This document shows, piece after piece, positions 29,859 through 39,421 of a DNA stretch of 64,000 nucleotides. The position numbers and the translations under genes were made by a program. The notes below the pieces were generated by a model. The model was not told where the DNA came from. It worked only from the letters and a program-made list of their open reading frames with translations, and did no database searches. Every line of letters begins with the position of its first letter. Positions within the stretch are counted from its first letter, which is position 1. The stretch lies in assembly GCA_964644035.1 (NCBI GenBank), contig CAZXUH010000002.1, positions 756 through 64,755 on the forward strand, given 5' to 3'. The stretch is from an uncultured Candidatus Saccharibacteria bacterium. GTDB taxonomy: Bacteria; Patescibacteriota; Minisyncoccia; Phycocordibacterales; DAORIS01.

Positions 29859-32057
29859 CTAGAAACCAAAGGTTGATGTAGGTCTCTGCGCCGCATCAAA
29901 GATGATGGTAGAGGTAGAAGATGAGGGAGTAATACCTTGAGATATTGCCCAGAGTCGTACAGGGTATTCCCATTGTTCAAATTGTGAATCAGAATAAGGG
30001 TCGTTTGATCGAGGAATAGTAGGATTTTCTTTATCAATATAGTAAAGGATTTCATGAGGGTCTTGAGCATTGATTTCTCCTCGTACCATAGCAGGATAGC
30101 TACTACTATCTGGTGGAATTGGTTTCTTGAAGTTTTCCTTGGGTACTATCTGTAGAGCTTCTTTCATAAATGCATTCCACATAGGAGCGACGACTAGACC
30201 AGCCACCTTTTTCTCTATAGGTGTATTGTCGTTGTTTCCAGCCCATGCTGCGACGGCAATCGTCGGGCTGTATCCAACAATCCACGTGTCTCTAAAATCG
30301 TTTGTAGTACCTGTTTTGGCCGCTACATCATATCCAGGAAGATAGAGTGCTGAGTATGCGCCATATGCTGGTATACGAGCATTGTTGTCCGACAGAACAT
30401 CGTTGATCATCAGAGCTACATTCTCTTCAAGTACTCGTGTAGGTTCGGGTTTATATTCTTCTATAACATTTCCTTCGCGATCAGTGATTTTGAGTATGCT
30501 TGCTGGTTTGTTTTTTATACCTTCATTGGCAAATACTCCATAAGCACCAGCCATATCGAGGGGAGAAACTTCGCCGCCTCCAAGTACGAGAGTAAGACCA
30601 TAGTCATTTGCTGACTTGAGGCTTGTAATACCCATATCTTTTGCCAAACGGAGGGCATTGCCTATACCTGTTAAGTACAAAACCTTAATAGCAGGAATGT
30701 TTCTTGATTGAGCGAGAGCATTTCTCAAAGAAATAGGTCCTACGAATACATCATCGTAGTTTTGTGGCATATAACAGTTGGCCGTAGGAGACTTGGGTGT
30801 TCCATCTGGGTTGCAGGCTGTTGAGAATTCGGTCTTAACGTCGTATACCACTGTTTCGGGTAGATAACCTTTATTGAAAAGCGATGCATAGACAAAAGGT
30901 TTAAACGAAGAACCAGGTTGGCGGTGGGCTGTGGCAACATTGAAATTGCCCTCTATATCCTTGTCAAAATAATCTCTCGAACCAATCATGGTGAGGATTT
31001 GTCCTGTTTTAGGATCAATAGCAACTAGTGAAGCATTTTCAGCATTAAACTTCTTTTCATTTTCCAAAGCATATTGTTTTACTATTTCTTCACCTTTTTT
31101 CTGAAGTTCAAAGTCGAGTGTGGTGACAATATTGAATCCACGGCGTACAAGCTCTTCTGCTCCGTATTTTTCTTCAAGATATTCTTTTATATACATTACA
31201 AAATGCGGAGCCTTGATAGAAATATTTTCTTGAGGAATAAAGGTGATAACTTCAGCTTTTGCCGCTTCATATTCTGATTCGCTAATCATATCTTCCTCGT
31301 ACATTTTTCTAAGAACGAGATTTTTTCGATTCATGAGCGCTTCTCTATGATTTCCGTAAGGAGAATAATACGTTGGAGCCTGAGGAAGAGCGGCTAGTGT
31401 CGCTGCTTCACCAAGAGTAACGTCAGCTGAGGTTTTACCAAAAAAAGCCATACTTGCTTCCTCTATACCGTAGATATTTCCTCCATATGGGTTTTCATTG
31501 AGATAGATATTGAGAATATCTTCTTTAGTCATAATTCTCTCAAGATTGATAGCAAGAACCCACTCCTTTACCTTTCTTGAAATCAATTTGTCTTTTGTGA
31601 GTAGGGCATTCTTCACTACTTGCTGAGTGATAGTTGATCCACCCTGAGTAAAACCTCCTGTTGTCAGGTTGACGATTATTGCTCGTGCAAAAGAAAGAGG
31701 TCTTACACCATGGTGATCGTAAAATTCCGAGTCTTCAATAGCAACAGTGGCATTTTTTACATATCTTGAAATCTGATTGCTTGCAACCACGGTTCTGCGG
31801 GTGTTTTGATTGAGGTCATAGAGAAGTATTTTGCCTGTACGATCATAAATCTTGGTAGATACGTCCACTCGGCGCTCTTCAAACGACTCTATATCAGGAA
31901 GTTTGAGGGTTGAAGCCCATACGAAGAAAATACCCACAAAGAGTATGAACAATGAAGCGTAAAGCAACATCATGTTCTTGGTGAAGAGGAATGAGACCCG
32001 CTTGAATCGTCGCAGGACGTGCTTAATTACGCGTTTAATGCGTGGAACTATTCTCAT
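29859..32057 (-). CDS. Class A penicillin-binding protein (PBP1A family)
   Basis: EDSEFYDHHG, GGSTITQQ, RKVKE, QPGSSFKP, SRN, KTGT. Confidence 0.95.
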   Translation of the reverse strand: MRIVPRIKRVIKHVLRRFKRVSFLFTKNMMLLYASLFILFVGIFFVWASTLKLPDIESFEERRVDVSTKIYDRTGKILLYDLNQNTRRTVVASNQISRYVKNATVAIEDSEFYDHHGVRPLSFARAIIVNLTTGGFTQGGSTITQQVVKNALLTKDKLISRKVKEWVLAINLERIMTKEDILNIYLNENPYGGNIYGIEEASMAFFGKTSADVTLGEAATLAALPQAPTYYSPYGNHREALMNRKNLVLRKMYEEDMISESEYEAAKAEVITFIPQENISIKAPHFVMYIKEYLEEKYGAEELVRRGFNIVTTLDFELQKKGEEIVKQYALENEKKFNAENASLVAIDPKTGQILTMIGSRDYFDKDIEGNFNVATAHRQPGSSFKPFVYASLFNKGYLPETVVYDVKTEFSTACNPDGTPKSPTANCYMPQNYDDVFVGPISLRNALAQSRNIPAIKVLYLTGIGNALRLAKDMGITSLKSANDYGLTLVLGGGEVSPLDMAGAYGVFANEGIKNKPASILKITDREGNVIEEYKPEPTRVLEENVALMINDVLSDNNARIPAYGAYSALYLPGYDVAAKTGTTNDFRDTWIVGYSPTIAVAAWAGNNDNTPIEKKVAGLVVAPMWNAFMKEALQIVPKENFKKPIPPDSSSYPAMVRGEINAQDPHEILYYIDKENPTIPRSNDPYSDSQFEQWEYPVRLWAISQGITPSSSTSTIIFDAAQRPTSTFGF

Positions 32058-32111
32058 AGTCTAGAACTATTAAAATACCACAAAAAGGTCAGCTATGATA
32101 GAGTAGTTTAT

Positions 32112-33302
32112 ATGACGGAAGCTGAAAAAAACCAAAGAATCGACGACATACTTACTCGCGGTGTAGAGGATATCTTTATAAAAGAAAGTCTCAAAGCAAA
32201 ACTCCTTTCAGGCAAAAAGCTCAGAGTGAAGCTTGGTTTTGACCCAACATCAAAACATGTACATGTAGGACGGGCAATACAGCTCTGGAAACTACGTGCT
32301 TTTCAAGAACTCGGCCATACGGTTGTCTTTATTGTCGGAGATTTCACCGCTCTTATTGGTGATCCATCGGATAAGCTTGCCAAAAGGCCTATGCTTACCA
32401 AGGAGGCAGTGAAGGAAAACTTAAAAACATATAAAGAACAGATCGGAAAAATAATCGATCTCTCAAAAGCAGAATTTCAACACAATTCAGAGTGGTTGGA
32501 GAAACTCAATTTTGCCCAGATAGCAGAACTAGCAGAAAGTTTTACGGTTAGTCAGATGCTTGAAAGAAGAAATTTCAAAGAACGTTATGAAAAAGGAGAT
32601 CATATTTCACTACGAGAATTTTTATATCCACTTTTGCAGGGATATGACTCGGTAATGGTAAAAGCAGATGTTGAAATAGGTGGCTTCGATCAACTTTTCA
32701 ATCTCAAAGCAGGCAGAGTAATACAAAAACATTATGATATGCCTGAGCAGGATGTGCTAACAGGGCAAATGCTTGAGGGTACCGACGGTCGCAAGATGTC
32801 ATCGAGCTGGGGCAACATTATTTCTATTACTGATGCCCCAGCAGATATGTATGGCAAGGTTATGTCGCTCAAAGACGAATTGATCGAACGTTATTTTACT
32901 CTCTGCACGCAACTCTCACTTGCAGAAATCAAAGAAATAGTAGAAGAGCTTGCCTCAGGCACCAATCCAAAAGATATTAAAATGCGCTTGGCTAGAGAGA
33001 TTGTTACGCTTTATCACAGCAAAGAAGATGCACAGAAAGCTGAGACAGCATTTATTGATACGTTTTCACACGGCAAGATTCCAGAAGATGTTGCTGAAAT
33101 TAAGGCAGAAAAAAATAAACAGCTCGCTGAGCTGCTTATTACTGCCAATATTATTGCTTCCAAGACCGAATGGCGCCGACTTGTCACAGAAGGAGCTGTT
33201 TCTATTGTTTCAACTGATGAGAAAATTACCGATCCACTCTATATTCCAGAAAAGGGAAGTGTATTGAGAATAGGAAAGAAGAGATTTGTAAAAATCGCCT
33301 GA
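32112..33302 (+). CDS. tyrS: Tyrosyl-tRNA synthetase
   Basis: GFDPT..HVHVG, YPLLQGYDS, GGFDQ.FN, KMSSS, S4-like tail. Confidence 0.96.
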   Translation: MTEAEKNQRIDDILTRGVEDIFIKESLKAKLLSGKKLRVKLGFDPTSKHVHVGRAIQLWKLRAFQELGHTVVFIVGDFTALIGDPSDKLAKRPMLTKEAVKENLKTYKEQIGKIIDLSKAEFQHNSEWLEKLNFAQIAELAESFTVSQMLERRNFKERYEKGDHISLREFLYPLLQGYDSVMVKADVEIGGFDQLFNLKAGRVIQKHYDMPEQDVLTGQMLEGTDGRKMSSSWGNIISITDAPADMYGKVMSLKDELIERYFTLCTQLSLAEIKEIVEELASGTNPKDIKMRLAREIVTLYHSKEDAQKAETAFIDTFSHGKIPEDVAEIKAEKNKQLAELLITANIIASKTEWRRLVTEGAVSIVSTDEKITDPLYIPEKGSVLRIGKKRFVKIA

Positions 33303-33566
33303 TTATTCGTCGCTTCGATAGTCATCGAGAGGGTTCCAGCTCTCCTCATCATCCTCGTCGTCGGGATTTTTACTCTCTCCATCCTCATCATCCTCAAGAT
33401 TGACGGTGCCTTCTGGTGGATCTTCCTCTTCCTCCTCTTCTTTTACATTTAATTTTTCAGGATCAATAGGCAAGGATTCTTCAGCACCTTCTTCTTTTTC
33501 AGATTCAGGAGTTTCTTCTTCCTCTTCTTCAGTCATCTCTTCATCATCATTACTTCTTCGTGCCAT
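33303..33566 (-). CDS. Very acidic low-complexity protein
   Basis: 43 of 87 residues are Asp/Glu; fills the tyrS-ruvC gap exactly. Confidence 0.6.
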   Translation of the reverse strand: MARRSNDDEEMTEEEEEETPESEKEEGAEESLPIDPEKLNVKEEEEEEDPPEGTVNLEDDEDGESKNPDDEDDEESWNPLDDYRSDE

Positions 33567-33620
33567 TGCTATTCGATATTAATTATAAATTTTGTTTTAT
33601 GGCTATAGTTGTACCAAAAA

Positions 33621-34106
33621 CTATTTTTTTTGCAATAGAAGGGCGCGTTGGGGATAACTTGCCTCACCAGCAAGAGCTATGGCAATAGCATCATATTCAT
33701 CATCTTTTACTTTTTCTTTATTTATTTTGACCAAACGCTTGACCATATCAGTCACTTGCTGCTTATCACTCTTTCCATAGCCAGTAACAGCTACTTTTAC
33801 CTGCAGAGGGGACAATTCAAAGACAGATACATTGTTTTTACAGGCTTCGTATATGATTACACCGCGTGCTTCAGACACGCGCATGGCAGTCTTTTGATTA
33901 TTGGTGAAAAAAAGTGTCTCTATCGATAGGAGTTGTGGTTTGTATGATTGTATTATGTCCGAAATTTTATTGCCAATCGAGTGTATTCTAATATTTGCAT
34001 CATCTGCGCGTGAAGTCTCAAAACATTCTGAGTAAATGAGTTTGCTATTCTCAACTATTGCTATACCAACACGATCATACCCTGGATCGATACCAAGAGT
34101 GCGCAT
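33621..34106 (-). CDS. ruvC: Holliday junction resolvase RuvC
   Basis: LGIDPG, IETLFF, EARGV, VTGYGKSDK.QV, DDEYDAIAIA. Confidence 0.95.
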   Translation of the reverse strand: MRTLGIDPGYDRVGIAIVENSKLIYSECFETSRADDANIRIHSIGNKISDIIQSYKPQLLSIETLFFTNNQKTAMRVSEARGVIIYEACKNNVSVFELSPLQVKVAVTGYGKSDKQQVTDMVKRLVKINKEKVKDDEYDAIAIALAGEASYPQRALLLQKK

Positions 34107-34107
34107 A

Positions 34108-34638
34108 TTATTCTGCATTGGTGAAGACATCTTGTACTTCATCGTTCTCTTCGAGCTCACCAATAAGGTTTTCAAGCACGGTAGCGTCCTCACCAGTCAC
34201 AGGTATAGTGGTATTTGGTACCCATTCTCGATTTTGTTTGCTAAAGGCCCATGATGCCGATCCTGGAGCAGCAAGAGCGAAGCCTTGTTTGGAGAGGATG
34301 TGCTTTACTTCTTGTGCAGCTTTGTTTCTATTGTCTGTGAGCGCTTCAATAATAACTGCACATCCAGCTGGGCCGTATGCTTCATAGGTAATATTCTCCA
34401 TAGCAGCGCTATTGTCGGTCGTAGCTTTTTTAATAGCACGCTCAATCGTGTCTGATGGCATGTTTTCTGCTCGAGCTTTTTCTATAGCAGCCTTGAGACC
34501 GGGGGAATTGAGATTGCCGCCAGCTTTCTTTGCTTCGACGGCAATATATCTCCCCATTTTGGTGAATATTTTACTCTTCTGAGCATCGGTACCAGCTTTC
34601 TGACGTTTTATTTTTGACCATTTATTGTGTCCTGCCAT
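34108..34638 (-). CDS. yebC: YebC/PmpR family protein (short form)
   Basis: MAGHNKWSKIKRQK, YEAYGP.G, LTDNRN, DEVQDVFTN. Confidence 0.93.
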   Translation of the reverse strand: MAGHNKWSKIKRQKAGTDAQKSKIFTKMGRYIAVEAKKAGGNLNSPGLKAAIEKARAENMPSDTIERAIKKATTDNSAAMENITYEAYGPAGCAVIIEALTDNRNKAAQEVKHILSKQGFALAAPGSASWAFSKQNREWVPNTTIPVTGEDATVLENLIGELEENDEVQDVFTNAE

Positions 34639-34640
34639 AT

Positions 34641-35627
34641 TTATTTCTTTATGTGATGACGTGCCTTCGTCGTCGCTACTCTTCCGCGTGGTGTGCGTTC
34701 AAGCATGCCGATCTGTATAAGATACGGTTCATTGAAATCTTCGACAGTGTTCGCTTCTTCCGAAAGTGCCGCTGCAATAGTATTGACTCCAACTGGGCCG
34801 CCGTCAAACTTTTCAATAATCACTTCGAGCAATGCTCTGTCTGACGGAGCAAGGCCGTGTTCGTCGATTCCAAGCAAACTCAAAGCATTGAGTACGGTAT
34901 CTTGTGAGAGATCTTTCTTTTTTACCTGAGCAAAGTCACGGCTGCGCTTCAAAAGATAGTTGGCAGTACGTGGTGTGAAGCGACTTCTTTCAGCGATGAG
35001 TCTTACTGCTTTTTCATCAACTTTTATACCAAGTAATTTTGCAGATTTTCTAATGATTTCCATCATTTCATCGGTCGAATAGAATTCCATTCTAAATACT
35101 CCACCAGCAAAACGACTGCGTAGTGGGGAAGAGAGCATAGATATACGTGTTGTTGCAGCAATAAGTGTGAAAGGCTGCAACTCGAGTTGTATGGTGCGCG
35201 CCGAAGGACCTTTTCCCAAAATAATATCGAGAGAACGTGATTCCATAGCAGGATAAAGAACTTCTTCAATAGTTTTATTGAGACGATGTATTTCGTCGAT
35301 AAACAAAACATCTCCTGCCTGAAGATTGGTAAGAATAGAAGCGAGATCTCCAACCTTTTCAATCGCTGGACCTGACGTAATTTTCATGTTAGAACCTATT
35401 TCCTTGGCGATGAGATGCGCCAAAGTCGTCTTTCCGAGTCCTGGTGGCCCGTAAAAGAGTACATGTTCGGGTGGGTGACCGCGTTCGCGGGCAGCCTTAA
35501 TAAGAATATCGAGATTTTCCTTGATATTTTCCTGACCAACGTAGTCTTCGAAGCTGCTCGGCCGCAGCGTAGTGTCGAGGGCGACGACTTCTTCCTCAGG
35601 AATGTTATCGAGGGCGGTACTTGACAT
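34641..35627 (-). CDS. ruvB: Holliday junction branch-migration ATPase RuvB
   Basis: LRP..F.DYVGQ, GPPGLGKTT, FIDEIHR, GGPVG, EPYL..RTPRGR. Confidence 0.97.
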   Translation of the reverse strand: MSSTALDNIPEEEVVALDTTLRPSSFEDYVGQENIKENLDILIKAARERGHPPEHVLFYGPPGLGKTTLAHLIAKEIGSNMKITSGPAIEKVGDLASILTNLQAGDVLFIDEIHRLNKTIEEVLYPAMESRSLDIILGKGPSARTIQLELQPFTLIAATTRISMLSSPLRSRFAGGVFRMEFYSTDEMMEIIRKSAKLLGIKVDEKAVRLIAERSRFTPRTANYLLKRSRDFAQVKKKDLSQDTVLNALSLLGIDEHGLAPSDRALLEVIIEKFDGGPVGVNTIAAALSEEANTVEDFNEPYLIQIGMLERTPRGRVATTKARHHIKK

Positions 35628-35649
35628 AAAAAATAATGTATGATAATAT
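35621..35649 (+). promoter_or_regulatory. Consensus sigma70 promoter for intergenic RNA
   Basis: TTGACA (35621-35626)-N17-TAATAT (35644-35649) with TGn; -35 overlaps ruvB start codon. Confidence 0.65.
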
Positions 35650-35655
35650 TGTGGT

Positions 35656-35929
35656 CTGACGGACGGTTCTCGTCTTGGTTCCTGGTCAACCCAATAAATC
35701 TCTAAGCAATGGCCTCACGCTTGCGCGAGGTATAAAGATCCTTTTGCGAGGATAACCTGGTGTTGTGCCTTGCAGCACTCCGTGCTGGGTTACCCCTTAG
35801 AAATGAATCTGGCTTTTAGTGCTTTATATTAAAAGTATTGCTTAGAGATTTATGTGGTGGACCGTGTACAATACTCTCTACATGCTACGTGCTCAGCTAA
35901 AAAACACAACTTGTTAAGTTGTGTTTTTT
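35656..35929 (+). ncRNA. Candidate 6S-like RNA
   Basis: Own promoter and terminator; rod with closing stem, central bubble, perfect 17-bp stem (35694-35710/35837-35853) and branched apical domain. Confidence 0.55.
35899..35929. terminator. Bidirectional intrinsic terminator
   Basis: AAAAAACACAACTT/AAGTTGTGTTTTTT perfect inverted repeat at pilB stop. Confidence 0.75.
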
Positions 35930-37631
35930 ATATCGTAAGTGCCGGATCGGACTTTTTTTGTATATCATCGAGGTCAACAACACGCTCGAGCTCTTCAATG
36001 GTTGTTAAACCTGTAATAACCTTGAGAATTCCATCTTGTTGGAGTGTAAAAATACCCTGTGGAGCAGCTGCGGTGCGTATATCACGCTCGCTGGGGTTGT
36101 TGATAACTGTTTTTTCAATTGCTTCATCGGTCACGATCGCTTCATAGACTCCAATTCGGCCAACATAGCCAGTCATATTGCATTTGGCACAGCCGACAGG
36201 CTTATATATAGTCCACGCTGAAGGTATTTTTGTCTTATCTGGAATGGTTGCGAGAATATCATCGATCGTTTTCTTATCCATAGCATTGATTTCTATTTTT
36301 TCTCGGCAATCTGGGCAGAGTTTGCGCACCAAACGTTGTGCCATCGACAGACTGAGTGCTGAAGTAAGGATTTTTGGATTGACACCGAGGTCTATAAGTC
36401 GGGGATAGGTGCCGGCAGCATTATTGGTATGCAATGTAGAGAAGACAAGGTGACCAGTGAGCGATGCATTGACCGCAATCTCGGCAGTTTCTTGGTCTCG
36501 GATTTCACCAACCATGATTACGTCCGGATCTTGTCGGAGTGCTGCTCGCAGTCCTGAGAGGAAGGTATAACCTTTTTCACTATCGGTCTGTGTTTGAACA
36601 ATACCTGGTAGATGATATTCAATCGGGTTTTCAATAGTAATGATTTTTACTTCTGGTTTGTGAATTTTCTTAAGAAAAGCATAGAGAGTAGTGGTTTTTC
36701 CAGAACCAGTGGGGCCGGTGGTCAGGATCATGCCGTTGGGTTTAGTAAGAGATTTTTGTATGACTTCCAAAAGTGCATCGCTAATGCCAAGATCTTCGAG
36801 TGGTACGCCGATCGATTCAGGATTGAGAATACGCATGACGACAGAATCATTGTATGCACCAGGCAAAATCGAAGTTCTGATTTCTATATCTGACTTTTCG
36901 ATCTTAATACTGAATCTTCCATCTTGAGAATTGCCTTTTGTATTGAGTTTCAAGCCCGAAAGAAGCTTGATACGTGAAAGAATAAGAGAATAAGTGCTGG
37001 TATCAAACTGCACAATATCGACAAGGACACCGTCGAGACGATATCGCAGGCGTACATATGATTGTTCGGGTTCTATGTGTATATCAGAAGCATTGGTTGC
37101 GAGTCCGCCGGAGAGAATGATTTCCAAAATTTTAGAAATACGATGACTTTTCTTCAGAGCCAACGTTTCTTCAATAAGTTTTTTAACATCAGGGAGAGTC
37201 CTGACGTTTTTTAGTATTTCATTGATCTCTTCATTGGAAATATCAAGAGCGCCAGCCTTGGTTTCAAAAGAAAAAGACAAATCTTTGTAACGTGCCCAGA
37301 CACTTTCAAGACTGTTCATGGAAACGATATGCAAATCTACCTCGTATCCTTTTTGTTTGAGCTCGGCGATGAAATCAATAGTTTTTTGATTATTAGGAGC
37401 AGCGACTGCCATTTCAACTTTTCGTGCCATAACACTAAAGGGAGCAATAAGTGCTTCACGAGCTTTTGCTTCGTCGACTATTCGCAGTGCTTCGACATTG
37501 ATCGGTGTAATCGTTAGGTCGGCGTAGGGGATGGAGTACTTTGTCGACAATGCTCGGGCTAGATTTTCTTCATCTAGGTCCTTGAGCTCCTTGGACATCT
37601 TTTTCTGCTTCTCATCATCGAAGACAATCAT
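35928..37631 (-). CDS. pilB: Type IV pilus assembly ATPase PilB/GspE
   Basis: ASDIHIEP, QDGRF, GPTGSGKTTT, ENPIEY, LRQDPD, TGHLVFSTLHTN, CPDC/CAKC zinc site. Confidence 0.92.
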   Translation of the reverse strand: MIVFDDEKQKKMSKELKDLDEENLARALSTKYSIPYADLTITPINVEALRIVDEAKAREALIAPFSVMARKVEMAVAAPNNQKTIDFIAELKQKGYEVDLHIVSMNSLESVWARYKDLSFSFETKAGALDISNEEINEILKNVRTLPDVKKLIEETLALKKSHRISKILEIILSGGLATNASDIHIEPEQSYVRLRYRLDGVLVDIVQFDTSTYSLILSRIKLLSGLKLNTKGNSQDGRFSIKIEKSDIEIRTSILPGAYNDSVVMRILNPESIGVPLEDLGISDALLEVIQKSLTKPNGMILTTGPTGSGKTTTLYAFLKKIHKPEVKIITIENPIEYHLPGIVQTQTDSEKGYTFLSGLRAALRQDPDVIMVGEIRDQETAEIAVNASLTGHLVFSTLHTNNAAGTYPRLIDLGVNPKILTSALSLSMAQRLVRKLCPDCREKIEINAMDKKTIDDILATIPDKTKIPSAWTIYKPVGCAKCNMTGYVGRIGVYEAIVTDEAIEKTVINNPSERDIRTAAAPQGIFTLQQDGILKVITGLTTIEELERVVDLDDIQKKSDPALTI

Positions 37632-37805
37632 GTTCCATATTCTAGCATACACCGTCACAATTAAGCTCCTTAAAACACCCCTTTCTAGGCCTAAAATAGC
37701 CCAGCTAAGCTTATTGACAAGTGCTATATAAATATGATATAATATACACGGAGTACGATCATTGAATGAATCAATCAAAACATTTTCCCAATGAAAGGGG
37801 AATTT

Positions 37806-38327
37806 ATGAAAACGATCATTTGTCTTGCGCTTCTGTCACTGCTTACTGGTTGCGCGGCCTACAATCCGCAGACTGGCAAGCAAGCTACACCAGTTGATGG
37901 ACTGACTGCAACAGGCACCTATCTTGCGAAGGCGTTTACCCCGGGCAACCGAGAGTATGCCAACACTTCCACACTAAATGCTGTAAAGCATGAAATGCGG
38001 AAGGAAGGATTTGTGCCCGTTCGCATCCCACGCAACTACGATCAATACGATCGTGGCCAGCGTTACTACCGAGATTCGTCTTCTTCATTTGTCGGCGCTG
38101 GTGTTTTCACCGGACGCGATGAGTACGAAGATACTTGGGCTTGGCAGGATGAAAAAGGTATTTGGCATGTCCAAAGCGGCTATGCCACATACTCCGAGAT
38201 TGAGGTTGCAGCTGAGGCTGAAATTCATATCGTCGGACAAGGCATCGATGTTGAAAAGAAGGTTCGTGATTACGAAAATTACCACAGTGTGCGAGCTCAA
38301 CGCGAGCACGGCGGTAAGCAAAAGTAA
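37806..38327 (+). CDS. Orphan lipoprotein
   Basis: MKTIICLALLSLLTGC lipobox; AAGGGG SD; TTGACA...TATAAT promoter upstream. Confidence 0.7.
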   Translation: MKTIICLALLSLLTGCAAYNPQTGKQATPVDGLTATGTYLAKAFTPGNREYANTSTLNAVKHEMRKEGFVPVRIPRNYDQYDRGQRYYRDSSSSFVGAGVFTGRDEYEDTWAWQDEKGIWHVQSGYATYSEIEVAAEAEIHIVGQGIDVEKKVRDYENYHSVRAQREHGGKQK

Positions 38328-38418
38328 CTCCTTCCCGGGCCCTGCTGATAATCGAGTACGTGTGTACTCGGCAGCAGGGCCTTTCTTTTACACAATCTTT
38401 TACCTGAAGAGGTAAACA

Positions 38419-38886
38419 ATGAAAACCATTTCGGCAATCATTCTGTGTATGGTGGGGGTGATCAATACTGGTTGCTCCACCTGGGTGCCGAGCTATGTGT
38501 CGAAGGACACGCTTTCTGGCAACATGACTCCCAAGGAAGTATCAATCGCCGACGGTCGCGTGCTCTACGAGTTTCGTGACAATGTTGGAGATATGACTGG
38601 GGTATACTGGGTCTTCGAAAAATGCGATCCAGATCCCGACGTCTTCTACTATCCGGAGGCAGCATTTGCTCAAGCTTTTGCCGTCCTTGCTGACGGATAC
38701 AATCCTTTCAATGGCGACGAAGTGTACTCTTTTGCAATCCGAGGTCAGAACCATGCGTCTTGGATTGAATTTGAGACACATTCGGGCACACATTATATAG
38801 GTTGCATGAGGGGATACTGGGATATTTCAAAACCTGTACCCCCAGGGCGGTCTGTCGTAGTGTATTTGCCCGGATACGAGTATTGA
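38419..38886 (+). CDS. Orphan lipoprotein
   Basis: MKTISAIILCMVGVINTGC lipobox-like; GAGG SD. Confidence 0.65.
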   Translation: MKTISAIILCMVGVINTGCSTWVPSYVSKDTLSGNMTPKEVSIADGRVLYEFRDNVGDMTGVYWVFEKCDPDPDVFYYPEAAFAQAFAVLADGYNPFNGDEVYSFAIRGQNHASWIEFETHSGTHYIGCMRGYWDISKPVPPGRSVVVYLPGYEY

Positions 38887-38913
38887 TTGGTAAAATTCTA
38901 ATGATGGTCTATT

Positions 38914-38943
38914 GGCCCGCGATTAAAAATCGCGGGCCTTTTC
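38914..38943 (+). terminator. Intrinsic terminator
   Basis: GGCCCGCGATT/AATCGCGGGCC hairpin then TTTT. Confidence 0.75.
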
Positions 38944-38974
38944 TATACTACTTATGTGCTACAATCGATCTATT

Positions 38975-39421
38975 ATGGTAAGCGAAAGCGTGGAGGAAAC
39001 AAAAGCTATCGCCGAAAAGTTCTTAAAACAGCTTCTGATAGAAGAGCAGAAGGATAGAGCCTATGTCGTAGCCCTATCGGGTGATTTGGGATCGGGTAAG
39101 ACGACCTTTACCCAGGCTATTGCTAGTTTGCTTGGTATCAAGGAGCAAGTTCTTAGTCCGACCTTTGTGCTCGAGAAGATATATAAGATAGAACATCTTC
39201 ACTTTACGCATTTTATACATATCGATGCATATCGACTTGAAGATGAAGGGGAGATTGTGGCGATAGGATTTAATGACATGGTGACGAATAATAAAAATCT
39301 GATCTTCATTGAATGGCCAGAGAAGATAGAAAAAGCTATTCCAAAACCTTACGTAAAAATAACATTTGATCACAAAGACGAAAACAGTCGAGAAATAAGT
39401 TTTGATTATGAAAAAAACTGA
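38975..39421 (+). CDS. tsaE: tRNA t6A ATPase TsaE
   Basis: LSGDLGSGKTTF, SPTF, HIDAYRL, IEWPE. Confidence 0.95.
   Translation: MVSESVEETKAIAEKFLKQLLIEEQKDRAYVVALSGDLGSGKTTFTQAIASLLGIKEQVLSPTFVLEKIYKIEHLHFTHFIHIDAYRLEDEGEIVAIGFNDMVTNNKNLIFIEWPEKIEKAIPKPYVKITFDHKDENSREISFDYEKN

Noticed and set aside
35650-35930. tmRNA, RNase P RNA, SRP RNA or raiA motif
   Set aside because: GGTCCACCA on the minus strand lacks a T-arm; no GAGGAAAGTCC or SRP GGAA core; raiA-like words are in the wrong order
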